Origin: Anaerolineae bacterium | Lineage (GTDB): Bacteria > Chloroflexota > Anaerolineae > S140-20 | Length of the DNA: 64,000 bases | Direction of reading: 5' to 3' | Assembly (NCBI GenBank): GCA_027021705.1 | Contig: JALUTT010000077.1 | Location: 62,586 to 126,585, forward strand | Shown: piece by piece, positions 47,658 to 57,254 of the stretch | Numbering within the stretch: position 1 is the first letter of the stretch | Layout of the letters: each line of letters opens with the position of its first letter | Made by a program: the position numbers and the translations under genes | Notes under the pieces: model-generated | Told to the model about the DNA's origin: nothing | Seen by the model: only the letters and a program-made list of their open reading frames with translations | The model's database searches: none

Positions 47658-50600
47658 ATGGCCCTGCTTGGAGAGTTTCTGATCAACCTGGCCGCCGGCC
47701 TGGCCTACGACCTGCTCAAGGCCGGCGCGGCGCGGCTGAAGGCGCAGGCCCTGGGCGAGCCGGCCCAACGCGCCCTGCGGGGGTGCTACGAAACCGCCTT
47801 CCGGGCGATGCTGGAAGAGGTGGCCACCGGCCTGACGCCTGATGACCGGCGCCGCCTGGAGGACATCCTGCGCCGGTTCGTGGCCCGGCCGGAAGTTGCC
47901 GAAGGGCTGCTGGCCCTGGCCCTGACCGGCGCGCCGCTGCCGGACCTGCCCGCCCTGGAGCGGGCTTTCGCCCGCCAGTTCGACTGGGCCGGCCTGGAGG
48001 TCGGGCCGGGGGCCCGGTTCGACCGGGCCATGCGTGCCCTCCACCGGGGCCTGACCACGGCGCTGCTGGAGGAGGCCGGCCGGCCCGACAGCCCCCTCTT
48101 CAACCGGGTCAACCTGGGGCGGCTGCTGGCCCTTCAGGCGCTGCTCCAGGACCCGGGGCGCGCCCTGGCCGGGGTCAACCGGCGGCTGGCGCGCCTGGAG
48201 GCCCGGGGCGGGCAGACGGTCTACAACATCGTCATCGCCCGGGCCACCGGCGTGGCCATCGGTGACGGGGCGACCGTGCAGGGCTCATTGCCCCCCGATG
48301 TGCAAGACGTGCTGGACGCGATGCTGGCCCTGCTGCGCGAACTACGCTCGGAAGCCGGCGGGCGGAGCATCGCCATCGGCGGCGGGGTCAGCGGCAGCAT
48401 CCTCATCACCGGCGACAACAACATCGTCCAGGGCATCACCCACCTGCCCACCGACTACGGCACGCGCATCCGCAACTTCATCGTCGAGTACACCGGCACG
48501 CCCGAAGAGCCCGTTCCCTTCGGCGGGCGGGAGGCGGCGCTGGCGGAGTTGGACCGTTGGCTGGCCGACGCGGACGCCCCCCCTTACCTGCTCCTGGCCG
48601 CCCCGGCCGGTCGGGGCAAATCGGCCCTGCTGGTGCGCTGGCTGGAGCGGGTGCGCGAGCGCGACCCTGACCTGCCGCCGGTCTTCGTGCCCGTCAGCCT
48701 GCGCTTCAACACCGCCTCCCAGGCCGTCTTCTTCGCCGCCCTGGCCGCCCGCCTGGCCCACCTCTACGGCGAGAAGGTTCCCGCCGACCTGAGCCACGCC
48801 CCCGATTTCTGGCGGGGGATGGTGAGCAGTTTCCTGGGCCAGCCCCCACCCCAGGGCCGCCTGTTGGTGGTCCTGGACGGGCTGGACGAGGCCACCGACT
48901 GGGAGGCGGGGCCGGACCTCTTCCCTTTCCAGCCGCCGCCGGGGGTGCGCGTGGTGGTCTCGGCCCGCTACCTGGCCGACGAGGAAGGGCCGAGCGGTTG
49001 GCTGCGCCGCCTGGGGTGGGACCGCCCCGGCCTGGCCCGCCCCCTCGACCTGGACCCCCTCACCCGCGAGGGCGTGGCCGACGTGCTGGAGCGGATGGGC
49101 TTTCCCCTGGCCGAGTTGGGCCGCCGGGTGGACATCGTGGCCGAGCTGCACCGGTTGAGCGAGGGCGATCCCCTGCTGGTGCGCCTGTACGTGGGCGACC
49201 TGTGGCAGCGGGGGGAGGCGGCCACCCGCCTGCAGCCGGAGGACCTGCGAGGCCTGAAGCCCGGCCTGAAAGGGTATTTTGACGACTGGCTGAAGTATCA
49301 GCGTAAGCAGTGGGGAGAGAGGGCACCGCTCAAGGAGCAGGCCGTGCGGGAGGTGCTCAACCTGCTGGCGGCCGCCCTGGCCCCCCTGATGCAGGACGAC
49401 CTCCTCCGCCTGAGCCCGGACCTGGACACTTGGATGCTGGAGGAGGCCCTGCGCCCCCTGGCCCGGCTGGTCATCGGCGACGGCCGCGAGCAGGGCTATG
49501 CCTTCGGCCACCCCCGCCTGGGCCGGTACTTTTGGGAGAAACTGGGCCGACAGGAACGGCGGGCCCTGGAGGAGCGCTTCCTGACCTGGGGGTGGGAGAC
49601 CTTGGAAGCGCTCAAGCGGCGGGAGATGGCGCCGGCGGACGCGCCGGCCTACCTGGTGCGTGCCCTGGGGGGGCACCTGGTGCGGGCGAAGGCGGGGCCG
49701 GAGGAATGGTTACGGCTGGTAGATGGGGCTTGGGCGGCGGCGGGGGAGGCCCTGGAAGGGGCCTACGGCCTCTTCCTCCAGGACGTGCACCGCGCTTGGC
49801 AGGCCTGCGCTGTCGCCGACGGCGAGCGGGCGGAGCGGGGAGAGAGGGCCCCCTACCTGGGCGGGGAGGTGCGCTGCGCCCTGGTGGAGGCCAGCCTGCA
49901 CGCCCTGGCCGGGAACTTGCCGCCGGAACTGGTGGAGGCAGCGGTGGCGAAGGGGGTATGGACACCCCGCCAGGCCCTGGCCCACGTGCGCCAGATGCCC
50001 GATCCCCGGCAACAGGCCCGTGCCCTCGCCGTCCTGGTCCCCCACCTGCCGGCCCCGCTGCGAGAGCAAGCGCTGAGGGAGGCCCTGGCCGCCGCGCGGG
50101 AAATCAGGGATGCGGCACCACGGGCCGAGGCACTGAGGGAACTGGCTCCCCACCTGCCGGAGCCGCTGAGGGAGCAGGCGCTGAGGGAGGCCCTGGCCGC
50201 CGCGCGGGGAATCAGGGATGCGGCACCACGGGCCGAGGCACTGAGGGAGCTGGCTCCCCACCTGCTGGAGCCGCTGAGGGAGCAGGCGCTGAGGGAGGCC
50301 CTGGCCGCCGCGCGAGAGATTCGGTGGAGCGATGACCGGGCCGAGGCCCTCGCCGCCCTGGCTCCCCACCTGGCCGAGCTGGGGTATCTCCAGGAGGCCC
50401 TGGCCGCCGCGCGAGAGATTCGGTGGAGCGATGACCGGGCCGAGGCCCTCGCCGCCCTGGCCCCCCGCCTGGCCGAGCTGGGGTATCCCCAGGAAGCCCT
50501 GGCCGCCGCGCGGGCGATTGGGCACGAGCGATCCCGGGTCGAGGCCCTCGCCGCCCTGGCCCCCCACCTGCCGGCCCCGCTGGGGGAGCAAGCACTGAGG

Positions 50601-53045
50601 GAGGCCCTGGCCGCCGCGCGGGAGATTCGGTGGAGCGATGACCGGGCCAGGGCACTGAGGAAACTGGCCCCCCACCTGCCGGAGCCGCTGCGGGAGCAGG
50701 CGCTGAGGGAGGCCCTGGCCGCCGCGCGGGAGATTGAGTGGGAGTGGAGCCGGGCCAGGGCCCTCGCCGCCCTGGCCCCCCACCTACCGGCTCCGCTGCT
50801 GGAGGAGGCCCTGACCGCCGCGCGGGAGATTGGGGATGCCGATGACCGGGCCAGGGCCCTCGCCGCCCTGGCCCTCCGCCTGGCCGAGCTGGGGTATCCC
50901 CAGGAGGCCCTGGCCGCCGCGCGGGAGATTGAGCAGGGGTGGATACGGGCCGAGGCCCTCGCCGCCCTGGCCCCCCGCCTGGCCGAGCTGGGGTATCACC
51001 AGGAAGCCCTGGCCGCCGCGCGGGAGGTTGAGGAGGGATGGAAACGGGCCCGTGCCCTCGCCGCCCTGGCCCCCCACCTACCGGCTCCGCTGCTGGAGGA
51101 GGCCCTGGCCGCCGCGCGAGAGATTCGGTGGAGCGATGACCGGTCCGAGGCCCTCGCCGCCCTGGCTCCCCACCTGCCGGAGCCGCTGGGGGAGCAGGCG
51201 CTGAGGGAGGCCCTGGCCGCCGCGCGGGCGATTGGGCACGAGCGATCCCGGGCCGAGGCCCTCGCCGCCCTGGCCCCTCACCTGCCGGCTCCGCTGGGGG
51301 AGCAGGCGCTGAGGGAGGCCCTGACCGCCGCGCGGGAGTTGCCGGAGTGGGAATCTCTCGGGATCCTCGAGACCATGCGCCCACGGGCCGAGGCCCTCGC
51401 CGCCCTGGCCCCCCGCCTGGCCGAGCTGGGGTATCCCCAGGAGGCCCTGGCCGCCGCGCGGGCGATTGGGCACGAGCGATCCCGGGCCGAGGCCCTCGCC
51501 GCCCTGGCCCCCCGCCTGGCCGAGCTGGGGTATCCCCAGGAGGCCCTGGCCGCCGCGCGGGCGATTGAGAGGGAGTGGAGCCGAGCCGAGGCCCTCGCCG
51601 CCCTGGCCCCCCACCTACCGGCTCCGCTGCTGGAGGAGGCCCTGACCGCCGCGCGGGAGATTGGGGATGCCGATGACCGGGCCAGGGCCCTCGCCGCCCT
51701 GGCCCTCCGCCTGGCCGAGCTGGGGTATCCCCAGGAGGCCCTGGCCGCCGCGCGGGAGATTGAGCAGGGGTGGATACGGGCCGAGGCCCTCGCCGCCCTG
51801 GCCCCCCGCCTGGCCGAGCTGGGGTATCACCAGGAAGCCCTGGCCGCCGCGCGGGAGGTTGAGGAGGGATGGAAACGGGCCCGTGCCCTCGCCGCCCTGG
51901 CCCCCCACCTACCGGCTCCGCTGCTGGAGGAGGCCCTGGCCGCCGCGCGAGAGATTCGGTGGAGCGATGACCGGTCCGAGGCCCTCGCCGCCCTGGCTCC
52001 CCACCTGCCGGAGCCGCTGGGGGAGCAGGCGCTGAGGGAGGCCCTGGCCGCCGCGCGGGAAATCAGGAATGCGGCACCACGGGCTGGGGCACTGAGGGAA
52101 CTGGCTCCCCACCTGCCGGAGCCGCTGGGGGAGCAGGCGCTGAGGGAGGCCCTGGCCGCCGCGCGGGAGATTGAGAAGGGATGGGGACGGGCCAAAGTCC
52201 TCGCCGCCCTGGCTCCCCACCTGCCGGAGCCGCTGCGAGAGCAGGCGCTGAGGGAGGCCCTGGCCGCCGCGCGGGAGATTGGGGATGCCTATAGCCAGGC
52301 CGAGGCCCTCGCCGCCCTGGCCCCCCGCCTGCCGAAACCGCTGCGAGAACAAGCGCTGAGGGAGGCCCTGGCCGCCGCGCGGGAGATTGAGAAGGGATGG
52401 GGACGGGCCAAAGTCCTCGCCGCCCTGGCTCCCCACCTGCCGGAGCCGCTGCTGGAGGAGGCCCTGGCCGCCGCGCGGGAAATCAGGGGTGCGGCACCAC
52501 GGGCTGAGGCACTGAGAGAGCTAGCTCCCCACCTGCCGGCCCCGCTGGGGGAGCAGGCGCTGAGGGAGGCCCTGACCGCCGCGCGGGCGATTGGGGATGC
52601 CGATGACCGGGCCAAAGCCCTTGCCGCCCTGGCTCCCCACCTGCCGGTTCCGCTGCTGGAGGAGGCCCTGGCCGCCGCGCGGGAAATCAAGGATGCGGCA
52701 CTACGGGCCAAGACACTGAGGGAGTGGGCCTCCCACCTGCCGGAGCCGCTGGGGGAGCAGGTGCTGAGGGAGGCCCTGACCGCCGCGCGGGAGATAGGGG
52801 ATGCCGATGACCGGGCCAAAGCCCTCGCCGCCCTGGCCCCCCGCCTGGCCGCCTGGGCGGAGGAGGACCGGGCCACCGTCCACGCCCTCTGGCGGGAAAC
52901 GCTCCCCTCCCTGGCCCGCCGCACCCGCCGCCACCTCCTGGCCGACCTCCGCGCCCTGGAGCCCCTCATCGCCGCCCTAGGCGGCACCGAGGCCGTTGCC
53001 GAGACCTCCCGCGCCATCCGCGATGTGGGTCGGTGGTGGCCGTAG
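47658..53045 (+). CDS. NLR-like STAND NTPase (NACHT/AAA_16-like) with 27 C-terminal helical repeats
   Basis: FGGRE, Walker A APAGRGKS, Walker B LLVVLDGLDE, GDPL, then 32-36 aa repeats EALAAAREI-x5-RAEALAALAPHL...; single intact 1795-aa ORF. Confidence 0.88.
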   Translation: MALLGEFLINLAAGLAYDLLKAGAARLKAQALGEPAQRALRGCYETAFRAMLEEVATGLTPDDRRRLEDILRRFVARPEVAEGLLALALTGAPLPDLPALERAFARQFDWAGLEVGPGARFDRAMRALHRGLTTALLEEAGRPDSPLFNRVNLGRLLALQALLQDPGRALAGVNRRLARLEARGGQTVYNIVIARATGVAIGDGATVQGSLPPDVQDVLDAMLALLRELRSEAGGRSIAIGGGVSGSILITGDNNIVQGITHLPTDYGTRIRNFIVEYTGTPEEPVPFGGREAALAELDRWLADADAPPYLLLAAPAGRGKSALLVRWLERVRERDPDLPPVFVPVSLRFNTASQAVFFAALAARLAHLYGEKVPADLSHAPDFWRGMVSSFLGQPPPQGRLLVVLDGLDEATDWEAGPDLFPFQPPPGVRVVVSARYLADEEGPSGWLRRLGWDRPGLARPLDLDPLTREGVADVLERMGFPLAELGRRVDIVAELHRLSEGDPLLVRLYVGDLWQRGEAATRLQPEDLRGLKPGLKGYFDDWLKYQRKQWGERAPLKEQAVREVLNLLAAALAPLMQDDLLRLSPDLDTWMLEEALRPLARLVIGDGREQGYAFGHPRLGRYFWEKLGRQERRALEERFLTWGWETLEALKRREMAPADAPAYLVRALGGHLVRAKAGPEEWLRLVDGAWAAAGEALEGAYGLFLQDVHRAWQACAVADGERAERGERAPYLGGEVRCALVEASLHALAGNLPPELVEAAVAKGVWTPRQALAHVRQMPDPRQQARALAVLVPHLPAPLREQALREALAAAREIRDAAPRAEALRELAPHLPEPLREQALREALAAARGIRDAAPRAEALRELAPHLLEPLREQALREALAAAREIRWSDDRAEALAALAPHLAELGYLQEALAAAREIRWSDDRAEALAALAPRLAELGYPQEALAAARAIGHERSRVEALAALAPHLPAPLGEQALREALAAAREIRWSDDRARALRKLAPHLPEPLREQALREALAAAREIEWEWSRARALAALAPHLPAPLLEEALTAAREIGDADDRARALAALALRLAELGYPQEALAAAREIEQGWIRAEALAALAPRLAELGYHQEALAAAREVEEGWKRARALAALAPHLPAPLLEEALAAAREIRWSDDRSEALAALAPHLPEPLGEQALREALAAARAIGHERSRAEALAALAPHLPAPLGEQALREALTAARELPEWESLGILETMRPRAEALAALAPRLAELGYPQEALAAARAIGHERSRAEALAALAPRLAELGYPQEALAAARAIEREWSRAEALAALAPHLPAPLLEEALTAAREIGDADDRARALAALALRLAELGYPQEALAAAREIEQGWIRAEALAALAPRLAELGYHQEALAAAREVEEGWKRARALAALAPHLPAPLLEEALAAAREIRWSDDRSEALAALAPHLPEPLGEQALREALAAAREIRNAAPRAGALRELAPHLPEPLGEQALREALAAAREIEKGWGRAKVLAALAPHLPEPLREQALREALAAAREIGDAYSQAEALAALAPRLPKPLREQALREALAAAREIEKGWGRAKVLAALAPHLPEPLLEEALAAAREIRGAAPRAEALRELAPHLPAPLGEQALREALTAARAIGDADDRAKALAALAPHLPVPLLEEALAAAREIKDAALRAKTLREWASHLPEPLGEQVLREALTAAREIGDADDRAKALAALAPRLAAWAEEDRATVHALWRETLPSLARRTRRHLLADLRALEPLIAALGGTEAVAETSRAIRDVGRWWP

Positions 53046-53046
53046 G

Positions 53047-53680
53047 GCCGTCCACGAATGGGGCCACGAATGCCCGAATAGGTTCCCACCGCCATTCGTG
53101 TATTCGTGAACAATTCGTGGACGGCCGCCCGCCATTCGTGCATTCGTGAAAAATTCGTGGACGGCCGGCCCACGCCGTCCACGAATGGGGCCACGAATGC
53201 ACGAATAGGCCCCGCCGCCATTCGTGCATTCGTGAGAAATTCGTGGACGGCCGGCCCGTGCCATCCACGAACGGGGCCACGAATGCCCGAATAGACCCCG
53301 CCGCCATTCGTGTATTCGTGAACAATTCGTGGGCGGCCGGCCTGTGCCATCCACGAATGGGGCCACGAATGCCCGAATAGGTTCCCGCCGCCATTCGTGT
53401 ATTCGTGAGAGATTCGTGGCCGGCCGGCCCGCGCCATCCACGAACGGGGCCACGAATGCCCGAATAGACCCCGCCGCCATTCGTGCATTCGTGAGAGATT
53501 CGTGGACGGCCGGCCCGTGCCATCCACGAATGGGGGCGCGAATACCCGAATAGGTTCCCGCCGCCATTCGTGGATTCGTGGGAGATTCGTGGACGGCCGG
53601 CCCGCGCCATCCACGAATGGGGCCACGAATGCCCGAATAGGTTCCCGCCGCCATTCGTGCATTCGTGAGAAATTCGTGGA
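53047..53680. repeat. Tandem array of seven ~86-bp palindromic (CACGAAT x3 / ATTCGTG x3) units
   Basis: Unit starts at 53047, 53174, 53260, 53346, 53433, 53519, 53606; an extra half-unit lies at about 53128-53166. Confidence 0.9.
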
Positions 53681-53865
53681 GCGTGACCAAAAGCTGTTGA
53701 ACCACTGAAGCGCTGAGAGAAATGAGCTCACTGAGGAGTTGCGCGCCTCCTCCCCGTCGTCAGGGCATGGCCTTGCCGACGACCTAGGCCGCCCTGCCCA
53801 AGGCTCAGTGTCTTCACCTCCCTCAGTGCGTCAGTGATTCTGAGGGCCTGGTTGGCGGACGGACA

Positions 53866-54460
53866 AGCTGTCAACGGATTGGGAACGGATTGAACGGATT
53901 TGGAACGGATGGGGTGGTGCTCCCAAGAGGGCTTGTCCAGACCTTCGCACCGCTTCGTGCTCTTTGAGCTCTTGGTGTCCTTCGTGTCTCCCACCGTGGC
54001 CGGAGCGGACGAGCTGTCAACGGATTGGGAACGGATTGAACGGATTTGGAACGGATGGGGTGGTGCTCCCAAGAGGGCTTGTCCAGACCTTCGCACCGCT
54101 TCGTGCTCTTTGAGCTCTTGGTGCCCTTCGTGTCTCCCACCGTGGCCGGAGCGGACGAGCTGTCAACGGATTGGGAACGGATTGAACGGATGGGAGGCAT
54201 AGTCCTCAGTCCTCGGTCCACAGTCCGCTGCTAGGCTGCTAGGCCGCTAGGCCGCCAGTCGCTATGCCGCTATGCCGCCCTGGAACGGATAGCTGTCAAC
54301 GGATTGGGGAACGGATTGAACGGATGGGGGGCTCCCAAGAGGGCTTGTCCAGACCTTCGCACCGCTTCGTGCTCTTTGAGCTCTTGGTGCCCTTCGTGTC
54401 TCCCGCCGTGGCCGGAGCGGACGAGCTGTCAACGGATTGGGGAACGGATTGAACGGATGG
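53866..54460. repeat. Tandem ~146-bp units (AACGGATT-type + CTTCGTG-type subrepeats)
   Basis: agctgtcaacggatt starts at 53866, 54012, 54158 (partial), 54291 (133 bp) and 54424 (partial); bracketed by a 39-bp direct repeat at 53802-53840 and 54469-54507. Confidence 0.88.
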
Positions 54461-54647
54461 GGGACGACGGCTCAGTGTCTTCACCTCCCTCAGTGCGTCA
54501 GTGATTCGGAGGGCTTTTGAACCGAGCGTGACCGGAAGCTGCTGGGGTAAAGATGCAGGGGCGTTGCGCTTCTACCGCCTCCAACCCATTTTGGTCACAC
54601 TCAAATTCGTGGACGGCCGGCCCGTGCCATCCACGAGCGGACGCCAA

Positions 54648-56855
54648 CTACCGGATGAAGCTCTGCGTCCAGGCCGGCCGGTCCGGCTTGGGGTCCATCG
54701 CCTGCCAAGCCTCGTCCGTCAGCCGGTCGGCCATCGGCTGCTTGAACTCGTAGTAGCTGAAGGTCGCCCCCGTCATCAGCCAGACCTGCCCCTCCACGGG
54801 AACCAGGACGTAGAGGGTGAAGGCATCCCCCACCCCCTCCTCCAGCACCTGCCCGCTGTTGGGGTCGGTGTGCACGTCGGCGACGATGGCCATCCGCTCA
54901 TCGGCCTCCGACGCCACCTCCTCCTGGATGACCGGCGAGAAGGTGGTCAGCGATTCCAGGGTGGAGCCGATGCGGCGCAGGGTGGCGTACTCCTCCGCGC
55001 TCAGCGTCTCCCCTCGCAACTCCTTCTCGGCCATCGTCTTGAGGGCGAGGAGGAGCGATTCCATCCGCTCCAGCTTCTCCCGGGGCTCCTTGTCCAGCAG
55101 CCCCCGGCTCTCCAGCCCCTCCCGGGTCTGGCGGGTGAGCGCGGCCAGCCGGGCGTAGACCTGGGGCCGGGGCTCGACGTAGGCCGGCGGACGCTCCGGC
55201 TCCGGCATCGCCCCCGTGGCCCGCACGGTGTAGCTCTGCTTGGCGTAGAGGATGGTGTCGTGGCGCAGCTCCGTCCAGGAGCCCAGCCAGGTGTGCAGGT
55301 CCTTGTCCACCCAGGCCGTCGTCTGCATGAAGGCGGGATACCCCTCCCCCGGCGGCGTCAGCAGCGGGAGCAGGCTGTAGAGCCAGTTCCAGTAGAGGTT
55401 GCCGGTCCACTGCTCCTCCGGCAGGGCGGCGAAGGCCCCCCGAAGCCGGGCCACCTGCTCCTCGTACCCCTCGTAGTCGGCGTCGCCCTCGGCCCGCAGG
55501 ATCTCCAGCGCCCGCTCCGAGCCCAGGACGGCGGGGATGTCGAGCCCGCGCGGGAAGCCCCGGATGGGGCCGGCGTCGGACAGGACCAGGGTGAAGGGCC
55601 GGCCGCTGCCCCGGTAGCGCCCCACCCGGTCGTAGACGAGCTGCTGGAAGATGTAGCTGTCGGGGATGAAGCGCTGGCCCATAAAGCGGAAGGAGCGGGT
55701 CTGGGCGACCACGTCCTCCCAGTCCTCCACGTAGCCGCCGACGATCTGGGGGGGGCGGAGGGTGGCCGTCCGCTCGCGGAAGGCGTCCAGCCGTTCGTCG
55801 TCGGTCAGGTCCTCCAACGTGGGCAGCCCCCCGTAGACCTGCCGGGCCAGATCGGTGTAGTCGTAGACGGTCAGGTCGTCGGCCGCCCCGACGAAGAAGA
55901 CCGTCGGCTCGTAGATCCGCTCCCAGGTCTCCCGTTGGTCGCGTTGGTGGAGGGCCAGGACGATCAGGAGGGCCTGCCGGGTCTCCCGCCGGGCCTGCTC
56001 CTCCTCCCGCACCGTCGGGTGGAAGCCCATCCGGCCATACCACATCATCGCCCGGAAGTAGCGCTCGAAGGTCTCGTTGCGGGTGTAGTGGCCCCGGGGG
56101 ACGTACTGGCTGTAGTCCTCGGGGTAGCCGAAGATGGGGGAGGGGGCGAAGCCGGCGTGCCGCTCGATCAGGCTCAGCTCCTGCTGCACCACCTCCTCGA
56201 CCGGCGCGGGGATGGGGGCCGTCGGGTCCAAGAGCCGGCGGGCGACGGCGAAGAAGGCGACGTTCCGCCGGGCCGCCTCCTTGACCGGCTCCGGCGCAGC
56301 CCGGTACTGGGCCTGGGCCTCCTCCAGCATCGCCTGGGTCAGGGCCTCCAGATCGGCGACGAAGTGGCGGTACTCGGCCAGGCGCAGGGTGTAGTCGTAG
56401 AGGATGTGGTAGGTGTGGAGGAGGGCGTCGGTGGTGACGAAGATGGGGAGACCTGCCTCGGCGGCCCGCTTGTAGGGCAGGTAGATCTGGGGCCAAGCGC
56501 CGGGGACGACGACGAAGCCCTGGGCCTCCAGAGCGGCGGCCTGGGCCTCGTTCAGTTGGAGGGCCAGCTCGGGGTTGGCGATGCTCCCCAGGTCGAAGGA
56601 GTAGGGGGCCACCGAGGGCGTGACCTCAACGGCGACGGGCTTGTACTCGGCGAAGTGGCCCCGGGCCGTGGTCAGGCCGGTGATGGGGGGGAGCGGCGTT
56701 GGCGTCGCCTCGACCGTCGGGGGGAGGGGCGATGGGGAGGCAGGCGCCCCTTCCTCGGGGGGGCGCGTCGGCGTCTCCCCCGGCGAAGGCCGGGCGCAGC
56801 CGGCCAGGATGAGCAGGCTGAGGATCCAGAGGCTTCTCACGATCGCTTTCGCCAT
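54648..56855 (-). CDS. DUF3160-family lipoprotein
   Basis: Lipobox ILAGC; FVTTD..LH.YH, EDYSQYVPRGHYT, FRFMGQRFIPDS, SWTELRHDTILYAKQ, FSYYEF, RLTDEAW. Confidence 0.85.
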   Translation of the reverse strand: MAKAIVRSLWILSLLILAGCARPSPGETPTRPPEEGAPASPSPLPPTVEATPTPLPPITGLTTARGHFAEYKPVAVEVTPSVAPYSFDLGSIANPELALQLNEAQAAALEAQGFVVVPGAWPQIYLPYKRAAEAGLPIFVTTDALLHTYHILYDYTLRLAEYRHFVADLEALTQAMLEEAQAQYRAAPEPVKEAARRNVAFFAVARRLLDPTAPIPAPVEEVVQQELSLIERHAGFAPSPIFGYPEDYSQYVPRGHYTRNETFERYFRAMMWYGRMGFHPTVREEEQARRETRQALLIVLALHQRDQRETWERIYEPTVFFVGAADDLTVYDYTDLARQVYGGLPTLEDLTDDERLDAFRERTATLRPPQIVGGYVEDWEDVVAQTRSFRFMGQRFIPDSYIFQQLVYDRVGRYRGSGRPFTLVLSDAGPIRGFPRGLDIPAVLGSERALEILRAEGDADYEGYEEQVARLRGAFAALPEEQWTGNLYWNWLYSLLPLLTPPGEGYPAFMQTTAWVDKDLHTWLGSWTELRHDTILYAKQSYTVRATGAMPEPERPPAYVEPRPQVYARLAALTRQTREGLESRGLLDKEPREKLERMESLLLALKTMAEKELRGETLSAEEYATLRRIGSTLESLTTFSPVIQEEVASEADERMAIVADVHTDPNSGQVLEEGVGDAFTLYVLVPVEGQVWLMTGATFSYYEFKQPMADRLTDEAWQAMDPKPDRPAWTQSFIR

Positions 56856-56871
56856 TGGGCACCCCCTCGTT

Positions 56872-56945
56872 AACCAAGTTCAGCCTACCCTCCCGCAGGT
56901 TCCCGGTCGGAAACGCGCTTAACCTGCGGGAGGGTGAACGGTTAC
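56872..56945. mobile_element. Internally deleted copy of the 120-bp MITE-like element
   Basis: ttcagcctaccctcccgcaggt...acctgcgggagggtgaacggttac with the centre missing; junction at a gtcg microhomology. Confidence 0.65.
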
Positions 56946-57254
56946 GTTATCTCCCCGCAGGGTGTTTCCCTTCGGCCCGGCCCGGGGAACGTCCGGGCCG
57001 AGTGGGCAGCACCCCGCAGGCCGTCTCCCAGCCCCCGAGGGAGGCTTTTCCCGTCTTGGCCGGGCGGTTCGGCGGTCGGCCGGCAGCCTACCCGCCGGGC
57101 CGGTCCGCCGGCCCCTGGGGAAGCGCCTCCGGCCTGCTCCGGGCTTCCGGGCCGCGCGGCACCCGTCCATGCCGAGAGGGCAGGCCGTCGGCAAAGGGGC
57201 CGCCCACGATCCCGGGCCCGACAAAGAGGGGGATGCGATCGGGTTCCTGGCCGC

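Noticed and set aside
50079..52850. Diversity-generating retroelement target
   Set aside because: No reverse transcriptase or template repeat is present, and variation is by cassette reuse rather than adenine-specific substitution.
53047..54460. CRISPR array
   Set aside because: Whole units are repeated with no unique spacers, unit lengths are 86 and 146 bp, and no cas genes are in the window.
52289..54504. Repetitive ORFs (STNFSRMHEW..., SIRSQSVD...)
   Set aside because: Translations of non-coding DNA repeats in several frames, with no RBS or codon bias.
56946..57254. Riboswitch in the GC-rich DUF3160 upstream region
   Set aside because: Many possible stems, but no recognisable conserved motif; pairing is expected at this GC content.
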